From NCBI GenBank assembly GCA_950097015.1, contig CATNEN010000001.1, positions 18,290,001 through 18,354,000 on the forward strand: a DNA stretch of 64,000 bases, given 5' to 3'. The first letter of the stretch is position 1. Every line of letters starts with the position of its first letter. The DNA comes from Macrostomum hystrix. Its lineage: Eukaryota; Animalia; Platyhelminthes. Shown piece by piece: positions 52,699 through 64,000 of the stretch. Position numbers and translations under genes: made by a program. Under the pieces are notes generated by a model. The model was not told where the DNA came from, ran no database searches, and saw only the letters and a list, made by a program, of their open reading frames with translations.

Positions 52699-54820
52699 CC
52701 CCATGGAGCGCAGTGGCAACTGGCAATGGGCCATTTATACACTAAGATTAGCAAATTAAAAGTTTAGTATACGAATTTTATTAACAAATTTAGAATTTCT
52801 AGAGAACGAGACGCTATCATTAGATTGAGTTAGTAGTAAAACGGCCCTTTTCAGGGGCACCAATAAGTCAAGTAGGAAATACATTCGAAATTAATAGTCT
52901 AAAGGAGAGGGACCGGTCGTGTCTGGTGAAACGCTATCGCAGAAAGTGAAATAAAGAGACAAGCCCTGATAAATAATTATGAAAATCGACAAACTTATTA
53001 CAATAATACCAATACTACTATAGTATACTCTATATAATAATTAGTAAACTATACTTCAGTATGTTTATTAATGTTTTTAAAGTTATTTTTCATTTGTTAT
53101 TTATATTTTTCATGCAGATAAGTATGAATAAAAGGCTCATTACTTATCACAAAATTACATATTTATAAACTATCATGACCACTGATTAGAGGATGACGAA
53201 AATAAAAGAGCCAATTTCCAATTGGTTTTGTTGGAATTTTCAGGAGGAGCTTAATGCATTTTTAGGCACCAGGGAGGGTAAAAACGAATTGGAAATCAAT
53301 GCTTTCACAACAGCTAGACAGAAATCGATGAAGGTGGGCCTTTGATCCGTCGATCCAATCAAGCAGTCACTAAATTTGTGCAGAAAATTGTAAATTTTCG
53401 CATCTCCTAGTAAACCAGCCTCCTGAATTTTTTTCTAAGAAATTACTAGTTCTTCTACTTCTAGAGGTCATCGGGTTCAGCGCGGTCGAATGAAATCCCT
53501 CACCTGTGGCTGCAGTGCACACGGAGTGAATTGCGAATGTCTCTTTGTTGTCACGCGAATCGCTGCGGCTTCTGGTAATAGGCAAATGCTGTGAATTTTA
53601 ATGCACGATGATTATATTGCTACTGTTAGTAGAGTAGTTAGCATTGCTTTGGAAAATGCATTTAGTCTTCGCGCAATTATAGAGCCTGGAAATCGACTGA
53701 CATAATGTCAATACTGACGTGCAATAGCTTATTTCATTTCAAAATACAATTTAAATAGTTTTATGAAGTAGATTACGAAGTCTGATTAGAAAAACAAATT
53801 TTGTGTATAAAACTTTCAAAAATGCAGTATAGCTGTGTACACCACAAGTGTACGAGCTATAAAATCAGTTTTCACTAAAACTGTGAGAACCTTTGGAAAA
53901 ATAGATCACATAAGCCTTACCTTGCTAGTGAAATTTAGCTGAGAACTTTAACGGAATTACCCCAGAAAGATTTTTAACAGAAGCAATGAAAATCGAGTTC
54001 CTAGTTGCTTTGAGTTGAGTGGGTTGTGCCAGGTGAGAGAGCGGAATGCAGGGTAGGGCAGGTTGCGAGTGTGTTTTATTCTTGTGTGGTTAGCAACAAG
54101 TCAATGATATTTGCGACGAAGACTAAGCACAAGATGTCGTTGACAACAGTATCTTATTTTTTCAATGGGTTTGTGTACATTGTCATTAACTGCACACAAG
54201 GTACTGTACAGAAGGCTTAAGTATACGCTCGTAGAGTATAGAGAGTAATAGAGAACTCGCTTTCTCTCTTCTACCAGGTAAAGCACAATGCTGCTGAGAA
54301 TTTTCCACTGAGCCAAACCGTCCTTGGTTTCGGATGCCATGGGCGCACAAATTGGTCCAAACAAACTCCCATTGTATCCAGAAAATTACAGCTCAGTAAT
54401 AATCACATCTTATTATCTATCAAGGCTATAGAAGCCTCTGTAACTTTTTCTACTACTAACACAGAAGTATACGATCTACTAGCTTTTTCATCAAAATAAT
54501 CCCAAATAAACAAACGGGCCGAACTTCTATCTCAACAACACAAGCTCCACCTTTGCCTGCATTTTAGGTCACAAATGAGCTCTTTGAAGCTACCCAATGG
54601 GCTTGATATTGAGAAGGCACACAATACAACTTGAGCTTACAGGCTAGCTACTCAAATTAGCCATTGGAGAAGGACTGCAAGCTCGCACCTGACAACCAAA
54701 TTGCACTCCAGACAACCTACAGCACCACCCTCCCTCCCTTTCTCTCTCCTCTGTCTCATAAAGGCCTCATAGTCTCACACAATGAAGACAAGCTCGATGG
54801 CAAATTAAATACTCGTATTT

Positions 54821-54977
54821 GCTTAGACACTCTTAAGACTGCCAACACATGCCTACAATAAAACACACTGAATTTAGTGCTCAGCTAAATTAAATATATG
54901 CTTAGACACTCTTAAGACTGCCAACACATGCCTACAATAAAACACACTGAATTTAGTGCTCAGCTAAATTAAATATA
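54821..54977. repeat. 79-bp direct duplication just upstream of the tektin start
   Basis: GCTTAGACACTC...AAATTAAATATA at 54821 and 54900. Confidence 0.9.
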
Positions 54978-54989
54978 GGCGTGACTGCC

Positions 54990-57900
54990 ATGTTTGACTA
55001 TCATCACCAACAGCAGCTTCTGGCGCCGCTGGTTCGGATCCGACCTGCAGCCCCTTTGACGCCGCAAGTTTATGGAACAGCCTCCAAAAGACAACAACCC
55101 CAGGATTCAGCGTGCTTCTTCGCTGTCAAGACCAGCGTCAAGTCAGGGGACATTGCGGGACCCATTCGATCCGCCGGTGGGAGCTTGGCCAAGACAGCTT
55201 ACAACCCTACTCGGTGAGACTTGTTTCATAATTTTGCTCCAACTGCGGTTCGCTATGATGGGAGTTAAAGAAGAGATTGAATTTGCGTAGTCTGAGATCA
55301 CTCGATCATCAGGGAGTGCTTGGTCTGAGATCACTCCATTATCAGGGAGTGCTTGGTCTGAGATCACTCGATCATCAGGGAGTACTTGGTCTGAGATCAC
55401 TCCATTATCAGGGAGTGCTTGGTCTGGGATCACTCGATCATCAGGGAGTGCTTGGTCTGAGATCACTCCATTATCAGGGAGTGCTTGGTCTGAGATCACT
55501 CGATCATCAGGGAGTGCTTGGTCTGAGATCACTCGATCATCAGGGAGTGCTTGGTATGGGATCAGTTTATCATCAGAGAGTGCTTGGTCTGAGATCACTC
55601 GATCATCAGAGAGTGCTTGGTCTGGGATCACTCGATCATCAGAGAGTGCTTGGTCTGTGATCACTCCATTATCAGGGAGTGCTTGGTCTGAGATTACTCG
55701 ATCATCAGGGAGTGCTTGGTCTGGGATCAGTTTATCATCAGAGAGTGCTTGGTCTGTGATCACTCCATTATCAGGGAGTGCTTGGTCTGGGATCACTCGA
55801 TCATCAGGGAGTGCTTGGTCTGGGATCACTCGATCATCAGGGAGTGCTTGGTATGGGATCAGTTTATCATCAGAGAGTGCTTGGTCTGAGATCACTCGAT
55901 CATCAGAGAGTGCTTGGTCTGAGATCACTCCATTATCAGGGAGTGCTTGGTCTGAGATCACTCGATCATCAGGGAGTGCTTGGTCTGAGATCACTCGATC
56001 ATCAGGGAGTGCTTGGTCAGAGATCACTCCATTATCAGGGAGTGCTTGGTCTGAGATCACTCGATCATCAGGGAGTGCTTGGTCAGAGATCACTCGATCA
56101 TCAGGGAGTGCTTGGTATGAGATCACTCGATCACCAGGGAGTGCTTTGTCTGAGATCACTCGATCACCAGGGAGTGCTTGGTCTGAGATCACTCGATCAT
56201 AACTTACGCTCGTAGTCTGAGATCACTTGACAGAAAATGAGAACATTTTCGCGAATGTTTCGCGGCCTTTATTCTCATGTCCTGAATCTCGATTCACTTC
56301 AGCAACGCAGTGAGCAGTCGGTACACGAACAATGACTGGGCCAACTTCAACAAGGCCAGTCACAGGCAATCCAGTCGGGAGCGCTCAGCGGCGGAGCAGA
56401 CTAAAGCGGATGCTTGGGTCGCCATACGCGACACGGACGTCAGAACCCGGCTTCGGCAGGCCGACGTGTCTAAGAAGCTGAGTTGAGTGCCTTGTCCACT
56501 ATAGTATAGTGAATCATAATATAATAGTCTTATCCCCATCTTCTCAAATAGCTTCTGTTCCGCTTGTCTATTTCACGCAACAATAATCTCGACAATCAAT
56601 TGAAAGGTGAACGAGTGGCGGACATCGAGTACTGGCTGGAGCAGCTGGCTTCAGAAGCGGAGTTGAACTGCGCAGAGACGGAGGATCTGACGGTACCTGC
56701 TAAATATTTTGCTAATTTACTAAGTATGAAAGCTTTACAGGTTGAACTTAGGCACTATAGGGACACTAATTTTCTCAGCGGAATCGAGCTCAGGGACCCT
56801 GGTGCGGGAGGCAAACGCGTTAGACGGCTCAGCAACTCACCCCCACTAAGCTAACCCACTAAGACAAGCTCCCTGACTATACCAGTAACGAGCAACTAAA
56901 GCGCCAGCTTTAACTGGAATTCTACTCTGCCTTCTAGCACACCTAGGGTGAGAGGTCTCCCGAAATTTCACCTATAGCCTGAACAGCACTTTATTGAGGT
57001 GAATTATAGATCAGCACCAAAGAATGTGACGCATGCAGGCACATCTGCAACAGCACATTCTAACACCTGATTCCACACAGATTAGCGGTTTGAACTCACT
57101 AGTTAGCGTCGTTAAAACAGGCACAAACTTTATGAAATGCCAACTTCAGGACCACATCCGCGTGCTGGAGTCTTACATTGCTTACACGGCAAAGCCACTG
57201 AACATGTCTGAGCAGTGCCTGGCGCTCAGGGAGCAACGAATGGGTATCGATTTAGTTCACGACGAGGTCGAGAGGCAGCTGAATCGGGTGAGTCAGAAAT
57301 GATGCGAAATTGCTAGGAATGCTAGACTACTCTGGTGTGAGCAGTAACAGGATCGTTAGAATTATCTGACAGAATAGATAGATAAAACCTAGCCCAGTTA
57401 GCATAGATGCACAGCCAGTAGCACAGCCGTATGAGCAGTCTCAGGACTATATGAGCAGTCTCAGGAGTATGTGAGCAGTCTCAGGACCATATGAGCAGTC
57501 TCAGGAGTATGTGAGCAGTCTCAGGACTATATGAGCAGTCTAGGCAGTATATGAGCAGTCCATGAGTATGTGAGCAGTCTCAGGACTATATGAGCAGTCT
57601 TAGGAGTATATGATCAGTCTCAGCGGTATATGAGCACTCTCAGGACCATATGAGCAGTCTCAGGAGTATGTGAGCAGTCTCAGGACTATATGAGCAGTCT
57701 AGGCAGTATATGAGCAGTCCATGAGTATGTGAGCAGTCTCAGGACTATATTAGCAGTCTTAGGAGTATATGAGCAGTCTCAGCGGTATATGAGCACTCTC
57801 AGGACTATATGAGCAGTCTTAGGAGTATATAATCAGTCTCAGGACTATATGAGCAGTCTTAGGAGTATATGATCAGTCTCAGCGGTATATGAGCACTCTC

Positions 57901-60898
57901 AGGACTATATGAGCAGTCTTAGGAGTATGTGAGCAGTCTCAGGACTATATGAGCAGTCTCAGGACTATATGAGCAGTCTAGGCAGTATATGAGCAGTCCA
58001 TGAGTATGTGAGCAGTCTCAGGACTATATGAGCAGTCTTAGGAGTATATGATCAGTCTCAGCGGTATATGAGCACTCTCAGGACCATATGAGCAGTCTCA
58101 GGAGTATGTGAGCAGTCTCAGGACTATATGAGCAGTCTAGGCAGTATATGAGCAGTCCATGAGTATGTGAGCAGTCTCAGGACTATATTAGCAGTCTTAG
58201 GAGTATATGAGCAGTCTCAGCGGTATATGAGCACTCTCAGGACTATATGAGCAGTCTTAGGAGTATATAATCAGTCTCAGGACTATATGAGCAGTCTTAG
58301 GAGTATATGAGCAGTCTCAGCGGTATATGAGCACTCTCAGGAGTATATGTGCAGTCTCATGGTTTTATGAGTAGTGGGACGATTACATGAGCAGTCTCAG
58401 CATCAAATAAGCAGTTTTGGGACCTTTTCAGTCCAAAAATTAGATGATCGGTCTGAGAATGCTAACATTAGCTTAAACAAGGCTCGCATCGACTTCTAAA
58501 CCCGGCCCTAACAGGAGGTGGAGATCATCCGCAGGTGTCAGGACCAAATGCGCAAAATGGCTGAGAAGTCGAGAGCTCAACTCAAGTGAGTTCTCACTGA
58601 TCGCATAAGAATCAGAATCTTAATCCTACATCGTACAAAACCTGTTATCTTCTTTCCATCTCATTGCAAAACTCAAGAATCAACTGGACAGCGCTGCAAG
58701 CCTTGAACAAAGACTTGCTGAATAAGAATCAGGCGCAGGCCATAGACGATAAGATGCGTCATCTGAGCAATTTCTCTGCCGAGATCGACTTTCACCCGGG
58801 TGCTGAGACTGCCGAGAAGTGGTAAGTTGAGTTATTTTTAGTTGAGTCTTTGCACCTGTGCACTAATACTCAACATATTCGTCACAAGAGCTTTTCCTTC
58901 TTCGATTTTTTTCGCAACTGCAGCTAGACTAGCAACTGTAACTGCAGCTAGAATAGTAGTTAACTGCAACTGCAGCTAGAATAGTAACTGCAACTGCAGC
59001 TAGAATAGCAACTGCAACTGCAGCTAGAATAGTAACTGCAACTGCAGCTAGAATAGCAACTGCAGCTAGAATAGTAACTGCAACTGCAGCTAGAATAGCA
59101 ACTGCAGCTAGAATAGTAACTGCAACTGCAGCTAGAATAGCAACTGCAGCTAGAATAGTAACTGCAACTGCAGCTAGAATAGCAACTGCAGCTAGAATAG
59201 TAACTGCAACTGCAGCTAGAATAGCAACTGCAGCTAGAATAGTAACTGCAACTGCAGCTAGAATAGCAACTGCAGCTAGAATAGTAACTGCAACTGCAGC
59301 TAGAATAGTAACTGCAACTGCAGCTAGAATAGTAACTGCAACTGCAGCTAGAATAGCAACTGCAGCTAGAATAGTAACTGCAACTGCAGCTAGAATAGTA
59401 ACTGCAACTGCAGCTAGAATAGTAACTGCAACTGCAGCTAGAATAGCAACTGCAGCTAGAATAGTAACTGCAACTGCAGCTAGAATAGTAACTGCAACTG
59501 CAGCTAGAATAGTAACTGCAACTGCAGCTAGAATAGTAACTGCAACTGCAGCTAGAATAGCAACTGCAGCTAGAATAGTAACTGCAACTGCAGCTAGAAT
59601 AGTAACTGCAACTGCAGCTAGAATAGTAACTGCAACTGCAGCTAGAATAGCAACTGCAGCTAGAATAGTAACTGCAACTGCAGCTAGAATAGTAACTGCT
59701 GCGCTGTCAGCTGCACATCTGAGCCGATTGGGGCAGGTGTAATCAAGTATTAATTTTTATAATCAAGTATTAGGTAAAACTTGTAATCAAGTATTAACAA
59801 TACACCACTCTGATCTTGTCCTCCTGCCGTCCCTCCAGCGTGAGCATCCCGCACTCGTGGGCCCGGCACTCCCAGGAGAACATCGGTCGATCGCACGGCT
59901 GTCGGGCGGCCTCGGAGCGTCAGCGCCGCGGCATCGCCGACCTGCTCCGCGCCTGTGCGAACGAAATTTGGAGCCAGTTCATTGCGGTGAATGCTGCGTT
60001 CGCGACTCGCATCAAGGAGGTCACGGATGTGCGCAACGGACTGCAAGCTCAGCTGCAGGGGGTAGGAAATTCGGGTTGTCGGAACTCAATTAGACTCATT
60101 CCATTCCCAATGAAACCGCCAACAACCGCATCAGACGCTGCAGGAGATCGCGGAGGCCGAGTGCTCGGCTGCGCTGCTCAGGCAAGCCTTGGCTGAGAAG
60201 GCGGCGCCGATGAAAGTGGCACAGACACGGCTGGAGGAGCGCGTTCGACGCCAAGACGTCGAGAGCTGCAACGACCCGGCGATGACGGCGTGAGTACACT
60301 GCTCACTACAGTGAACTCACTACAGAGAGGCCTTTGAGGGCCTGTCTTCCTCCTACTCAACCTCTCTCCCTCCTACTCTACCTCTCTCCCTCCTACTCTA
60401 CCTCTCTCCCTCCTACTCTACCTCTCTCCCTCCTACTCTACCTCTCTCCCTCCTACTCTACCTCTCTCCCTCCTACTCTACCTCTCTCCCTCCTACTCTA
60501 CCTCTCTCCCTCCTACTCTACCTCCTTCCCTCCTACTCTACCTCTCTCCCTCCTACTCTACCTCTCTCCCTCCTACTCTACCTCTCTCCCTCCTACTCTA
60601 CCTCTCTCCCTCCTACTCTACCTCCTTCCCTCCTACTTCACGCAGCCTCCAGCGGGAAGTCAGCGACCTGAAGGAGTCTTTGAACTTGCTGTCGCACCGG
60701 CTGAAGTCTGTGGAGTCGGCCCTGACAAGGCTCCACAGAAACCGCACGCAACTGGAGGCGGACATTCGCGTGAAGGAGAACTCGCTGCTCATAGACGCCA
60801 GGCAGTGTATGCCGATGCGGCACGCACCGCGGGGTGCCCAGCAACTGACGTTGCAGGCAAGACGGTCGAAGCCTCAGACTATTGGCCGGTCGAACTAA
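54990..60898 (+). CDS. Tektin (tektin-3/5-like); exons 54990-55213, 56303-56481, 56607-56692, 57150-57287, 58515-58585, 58678-58821, 59839-60061, 60135-60289, 60646-60898
   Basis: SRYTNNDW, ERVADIEYW, CLALREQRMGIDLVHDEVE, PMKVAQTRLEERVRRQDVESCND (variant tektin signature), IRVKENSLLID..QCM. Phases are consistent. Confidence 0.88.
55288..56200. repeat. 33-bp minisatellite in tektin intron 1
   Basis: Unit TCTGAGATCACTCGATCATCAGGGAGTGCTTGG. Confidence 0.95.
57430..58400. repeat. 20-bp minisatellite with higher-order structure in tektin intron 4
   Basis: Unit GAGCAGTCTCAGGA(C/G)TAT(A/G)T. Confidence 0.95.
58913..59699. repeat. 24/18-bp minisatellite in tektin intron 6
   Basis: Unit GCAGCTAGAATAGTAACTGCAACT. 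Confidence 0.95.
60349..60637. repeat. 20-bp pyrimidine minisatellite abutting the last tektin acceptor
   Basis: Unit CCTCTCTCCCTCCTACTCTA. Confidence 0.95.
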
Positions 60899-61153
60899 CA
60901 AAGGAATCCCGAGTATAATGGAAGCTGAGAGCCACAAAACAGTGCGCGGTCGTTTTGTAAAACTCTTGAATCTCAAGCTTTTCGTTTTTTTAACTGGTTA
61001 TAAAATTCTATTGTGTCCTATTGAATTGATTTTGTTTGCCTAATTAGATAAATGATTAGTTAATATTGAAAGTTTATATTATTTTTCTAACAGTTTTAAA
61101 AATAAAATTGTGACAGTGCTGTCTGACCCATGAGTAACACTCAGCAGCCCCCT

Positions 61154-61742
61154 ATCTATCTATCTGCAGAGGGGCCCGGGGCACTTGTCGCACAAGCGAC
61201 GGAGCGGCACGCCCCCAGACCGGCGAACTAGGCGCTTAAGCGCCCATCGCGCCGCCTCCCCTGAGCAGGCACCACATACAGCAGCACAGACCAGCCGGGG
61301 AGGGCAGGAGGCACCCAGAATAGGCAGCAGTGTCCCCACCCCAGCCCCACACGCACAGAGCAGACCAAGGCTGATAAGAAATCAGTCCTCAGGGGGGGCC
61401 GGGTGATGACTGATGAGTGTACACTTATCCAATCGCGCTGACGGAATTCCAGGGAGCGCGCGGCGGTGTACACCCGCCCTCCAGCCACCCCCCGCAAGGT
61501 CTCACGCCCCAGCGCCAACGCACATAACTCACACAACGCAGAACAGGCACACAGAAGGTAGGAGCGAAGCTATTATTTCAAGCTTTGATTGCACGAAATA
61601 TGGTGCACCTCCGCCGGTCGCTACTGTCCAAACCCCCCCAACAAGTCCCGAAATTAATCGTGACTTGAAGGGTGAATCGAACTAACGTCCTTTGGAGTGC
61701 GAGGCAGCGACGTTAGCCGCTGACCCCACTCGCCCCTCTCAA
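61154..61742 (-). mobile_element. Full-length ~590-bp tRNA-derived SINE with (GATA)n tail and 9-bp TSD
   Basis: Head GAGTGGGGTCAGCGGCTAA...TAGTTCGATTCA on the minus strand; tail ATCTATCTATCT; TSD CAGCCCCCT at 61145 and 61743. Confidence 0.75.
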
Positions 61743-62067
61743 CAGCCCCCTGCTTAAATTGTTAGTTTTAAATGTTACTTCGACCGCTGTTGCGTAAGCG
61801 TTGAGTACTGGTTACGATTGCCCACAACTTTTAACTGAAGCAGCGACCTAGGCACCAATGTGCGTATAGTACAGCGAACTAGCCCTACCCATAGACGCCT
61901 CTTAACCATAGACGGTTGAAACCTACGACAATAATCTAGCCAGAGGCCAGAGCGTGTAGAAAAGCTTCGCCGTCTGTTTTCTAAATGTCTATGGCCAAAG
62001 TAATCGGCAGTTTAGAAATATAGATGTAGCAAGCCGTGGTATCCGCTCCAGCGGATGCATCCCGCTG

Positions 62068-62213
62068 GGCAGTCTCAGGAGTATGTGAGCAGTCTCAGGA
62101 GTATGTGAGCAGTCTCAGGAGTATGTGAGCAGTCTCAGGAGTATGTGAGCAGTCTCAGGAGTATGTGAGCAGTCTCAGGAGTATGTGAGAAGTCTCAGGA
62201 GTATGTGAGCAGT
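62068..62213. repeat. 20-bp minisatellite, same family as 57430-58400
   Basis: Unit GAGTATGTGAGCAGTCTCAG. Confidence 0.9.
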
Positions 62214-62484
62214 AAATGCACGCCGTTTCTCAGCTGTAAAATGAACAATAGAGATTCAAAGCGTGCAACAACATGCTAATTTCATTGGCAAACCAAAAAC
62301 TACCCATTCAAAATGATAAAATGAATAGCAGAGACGCCAGAGGGTGTACCCCTATTTTGAAATTTATCAGCGCAGACATGAGCTCCATAGCCGAATCTAG
62401 ATTCCAGAAAACTTCTTAAAGGGGCTGTGAATGTGTTTAAATGTCATGTAATTCGATGATGATGTGTCACATCAAGTCATGGAT

Positions 62485-63558
62485 TTACGGCAGAAGCCGG
62501 AAGAAGTCGCGAATCTGCTGTTCAATCAGGGACGCGTTCGCAATGGCCACAGCCCGCACGACTCCATTTAGCGATTGGCCTCCTCCACTGAACCTACGAC
62601 CGACAGACATGACGAAGCAGGACTGCCTGGATACGTCTTGTCGATTGGTGCTACCTGGCACAATAAAGCTGCCGTTGAAGTACAAGTGAGTGGATATCAG
62701 ATAGCCAAGTCGGACAGAGACCGCGATGTCGATGAGTGAGCTGAAGCTCGCTGGCAGCTGGTTAGGGAGTGAATAGATGAGAAAATTATTAGAGTCATCG
62801 CTGCTACCCTGCTTGTTGAAATACAGTTGGTTGGCCTGACCATACTCCCACAAGTGAGGGCCAGTCTCCTGAAGGTTCGAGCAGGACACGGCTTCCATAA
62901 ACGGTTGATTTCTCGGCTGCCTCTTCAGCCTCATCAGCCACGTGAAGCTGGCCGAAGGGTCGGTCGAGACGAAGCGACTGTCGTTGAGCAGCGCGTAGGA
63001 CGAGTGTCCGTCGAACTGGGCGCCCTCCTCAGTCCACTGCAAGTTCGCACTCTCCAGTCGATAGCTGCTGCTCGAAGCACGCTCACCGCTCTGACACACC
63101 AGGTTGCTGAATCTGTTGCTCCCACCTGCCAGCCACACACCGACCAACTGAGCGTTGAGCAGCGAGGCGTCGCAGCTCGCCAACGACTTGGTGCGATACA
63201 CCGAGCACTGCTGCACCGAGCCGTCGACTGCGGCCTGATCGCTGCTGCTCGACTGGCCTCCCATCGGCCTTGCTCCACTCGCCTGCATCATGCGACACAC
63301 ATGGTGGTAGTGGAAGATCGAGCACACACCTGTCTGCTTGTTCCACTGAAGCACGAGGTCGTAAGGTGCGCTGCTCGCTTTCAACACGCAGCCGTGCAGG
63401 CTTTGCAGCGAGTTCCACCGAGTCATCGCCGAGCTGTCGTCGATGCACTGCATCATCCGGTACTGGCACCAGCGCCTGCTGCAGCTCGCAGTGGCCACCG
63501 ACACTCCCAGTAGAAGTAGCAGCAGGATACTGATGGTAACATTTAAAAAATAATTCAT
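62485..63558 (-). CDS. Secreted single-exon protein: signal peptide, Cys-rich PAN/apple-like module, LamG/concanavalin A-like (pentraxin-type) domain
   Basis: Hydrophobic N-terminus from the ATG at 63558. LamG-like pattern FDGHSSY, SFTW, LYFNG, SVGR...LNGVVRAVAI...L...QI. Confidence 0.7.
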   Translation of the reverse strand: MNYFLNVTISILLLLLLGVSVATASCSRRWCQYRMMQCIDDSSAMTRWNSLQSLHGCVLKASSAPYDLVLQWNKQTGVCSIFHYHHVCRMMQASGARPMGGQSSSSDQAAVDGSVQQCSVYRTKSLASCDASLLNAQLVGVWLAGGSNRFSNLVCQSGERASSSSYRLESANLQWTEEGAQFDGHSSYALLNDSRFVSTDPSASFTWLMRLKRQPRNQPFMEAVSCSNLQETGPHLWEYGQANQLYFNKQGSSDDSNNFLIYSLPNQLPASFSSLIDIAVSVRLGYLISTHLYFNGSFIVPGSTNRQDVSRQSCFVMSVGRRFSGGGQSLNGVVRAVAIANASLIEQQIRDFFRLLP

Positions 63559-64000
63559 TGTCAGGAGTTTCGTAGCCAACTATTTATATGTATTGTCAAG
63601 TCTAATCATGCGTTCTTCTCAACGGTAGAGCTTCAATATTTATATTGCTTAAATGGGAGCTTTTTGGAATAGCCATTAGACAGACAAGGCCTTGATCAAC
63701 AGATGCATATATTCTGTTTGCTGGGTTATAAGGATGGTGTTGAAAATGTCTTGGACCTTGAGAAGGACGAGGCTACGTCTGCTTCTAAGGGCCATCAGTA
63801 GAATTCACGGGAAAGACGGCATTCTTCACTAGAAGAAATGTTGGGCTTAAAAAACTTCTTGGTATTTTTCAGATCTTCAGCAGAGTGAAGAGATGACTGT
63901 TCAGACTGACAATGCGGCGAGGGCTTCACTTTCAGGAATTTTCTAGAATAATTGTATGTGGCAGCGTCGCTTCAGTTGAATGTGTAACACCTTCATGGCA

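Noticed and set aside
55143-56215. 349-aa DQALPDDRVIS repeat ORF and overlapping plus-strand ORFs
   Set aside because: Stop-free frames of a 33-bp intronic minisatellite in the tektin gene, with no unique coding context.
61889-61996. Short inverted motif CCATAGAC...GTCTATGG
   Set aside because: Only ~8 bp of complementarity, not distinguishable from chance or a decayed element.

Overview
Eukaryotic (animal) genomic DNA with spliceosomal GT-AG introns, tRNA-derived SINEs, MITEs and a very high density of unrelated 15-41 bp minisatellites. The gene content and repeat style suggest a free-living flatworm such as Macrostomum; this is an inference. Genes reconstructed by hand from splice sites: an intron-containing KDZ (Kyakuja-Dileera-Zisupton) transposase; YKT6; RABL6 with an antisense intronic tRNA-Leu(CAG); an ANKS1/CASKIN-like ankyrin protein; an arginine kinase with THREE contiguous domains built from near-identical symmetric exons; a ~1570-aa cGAS-like (Mab-21) nucleotidyltransferase fused to an array of ~14 near-identical, combinatorially varied 33-aa ankyrin-like repeats; a tektin; and a secreted PAN/LamG-like protein. 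The strongest candidates for novelty are the variable-repeat cGAS-like receptor and the modular three-domain arginine kinase.
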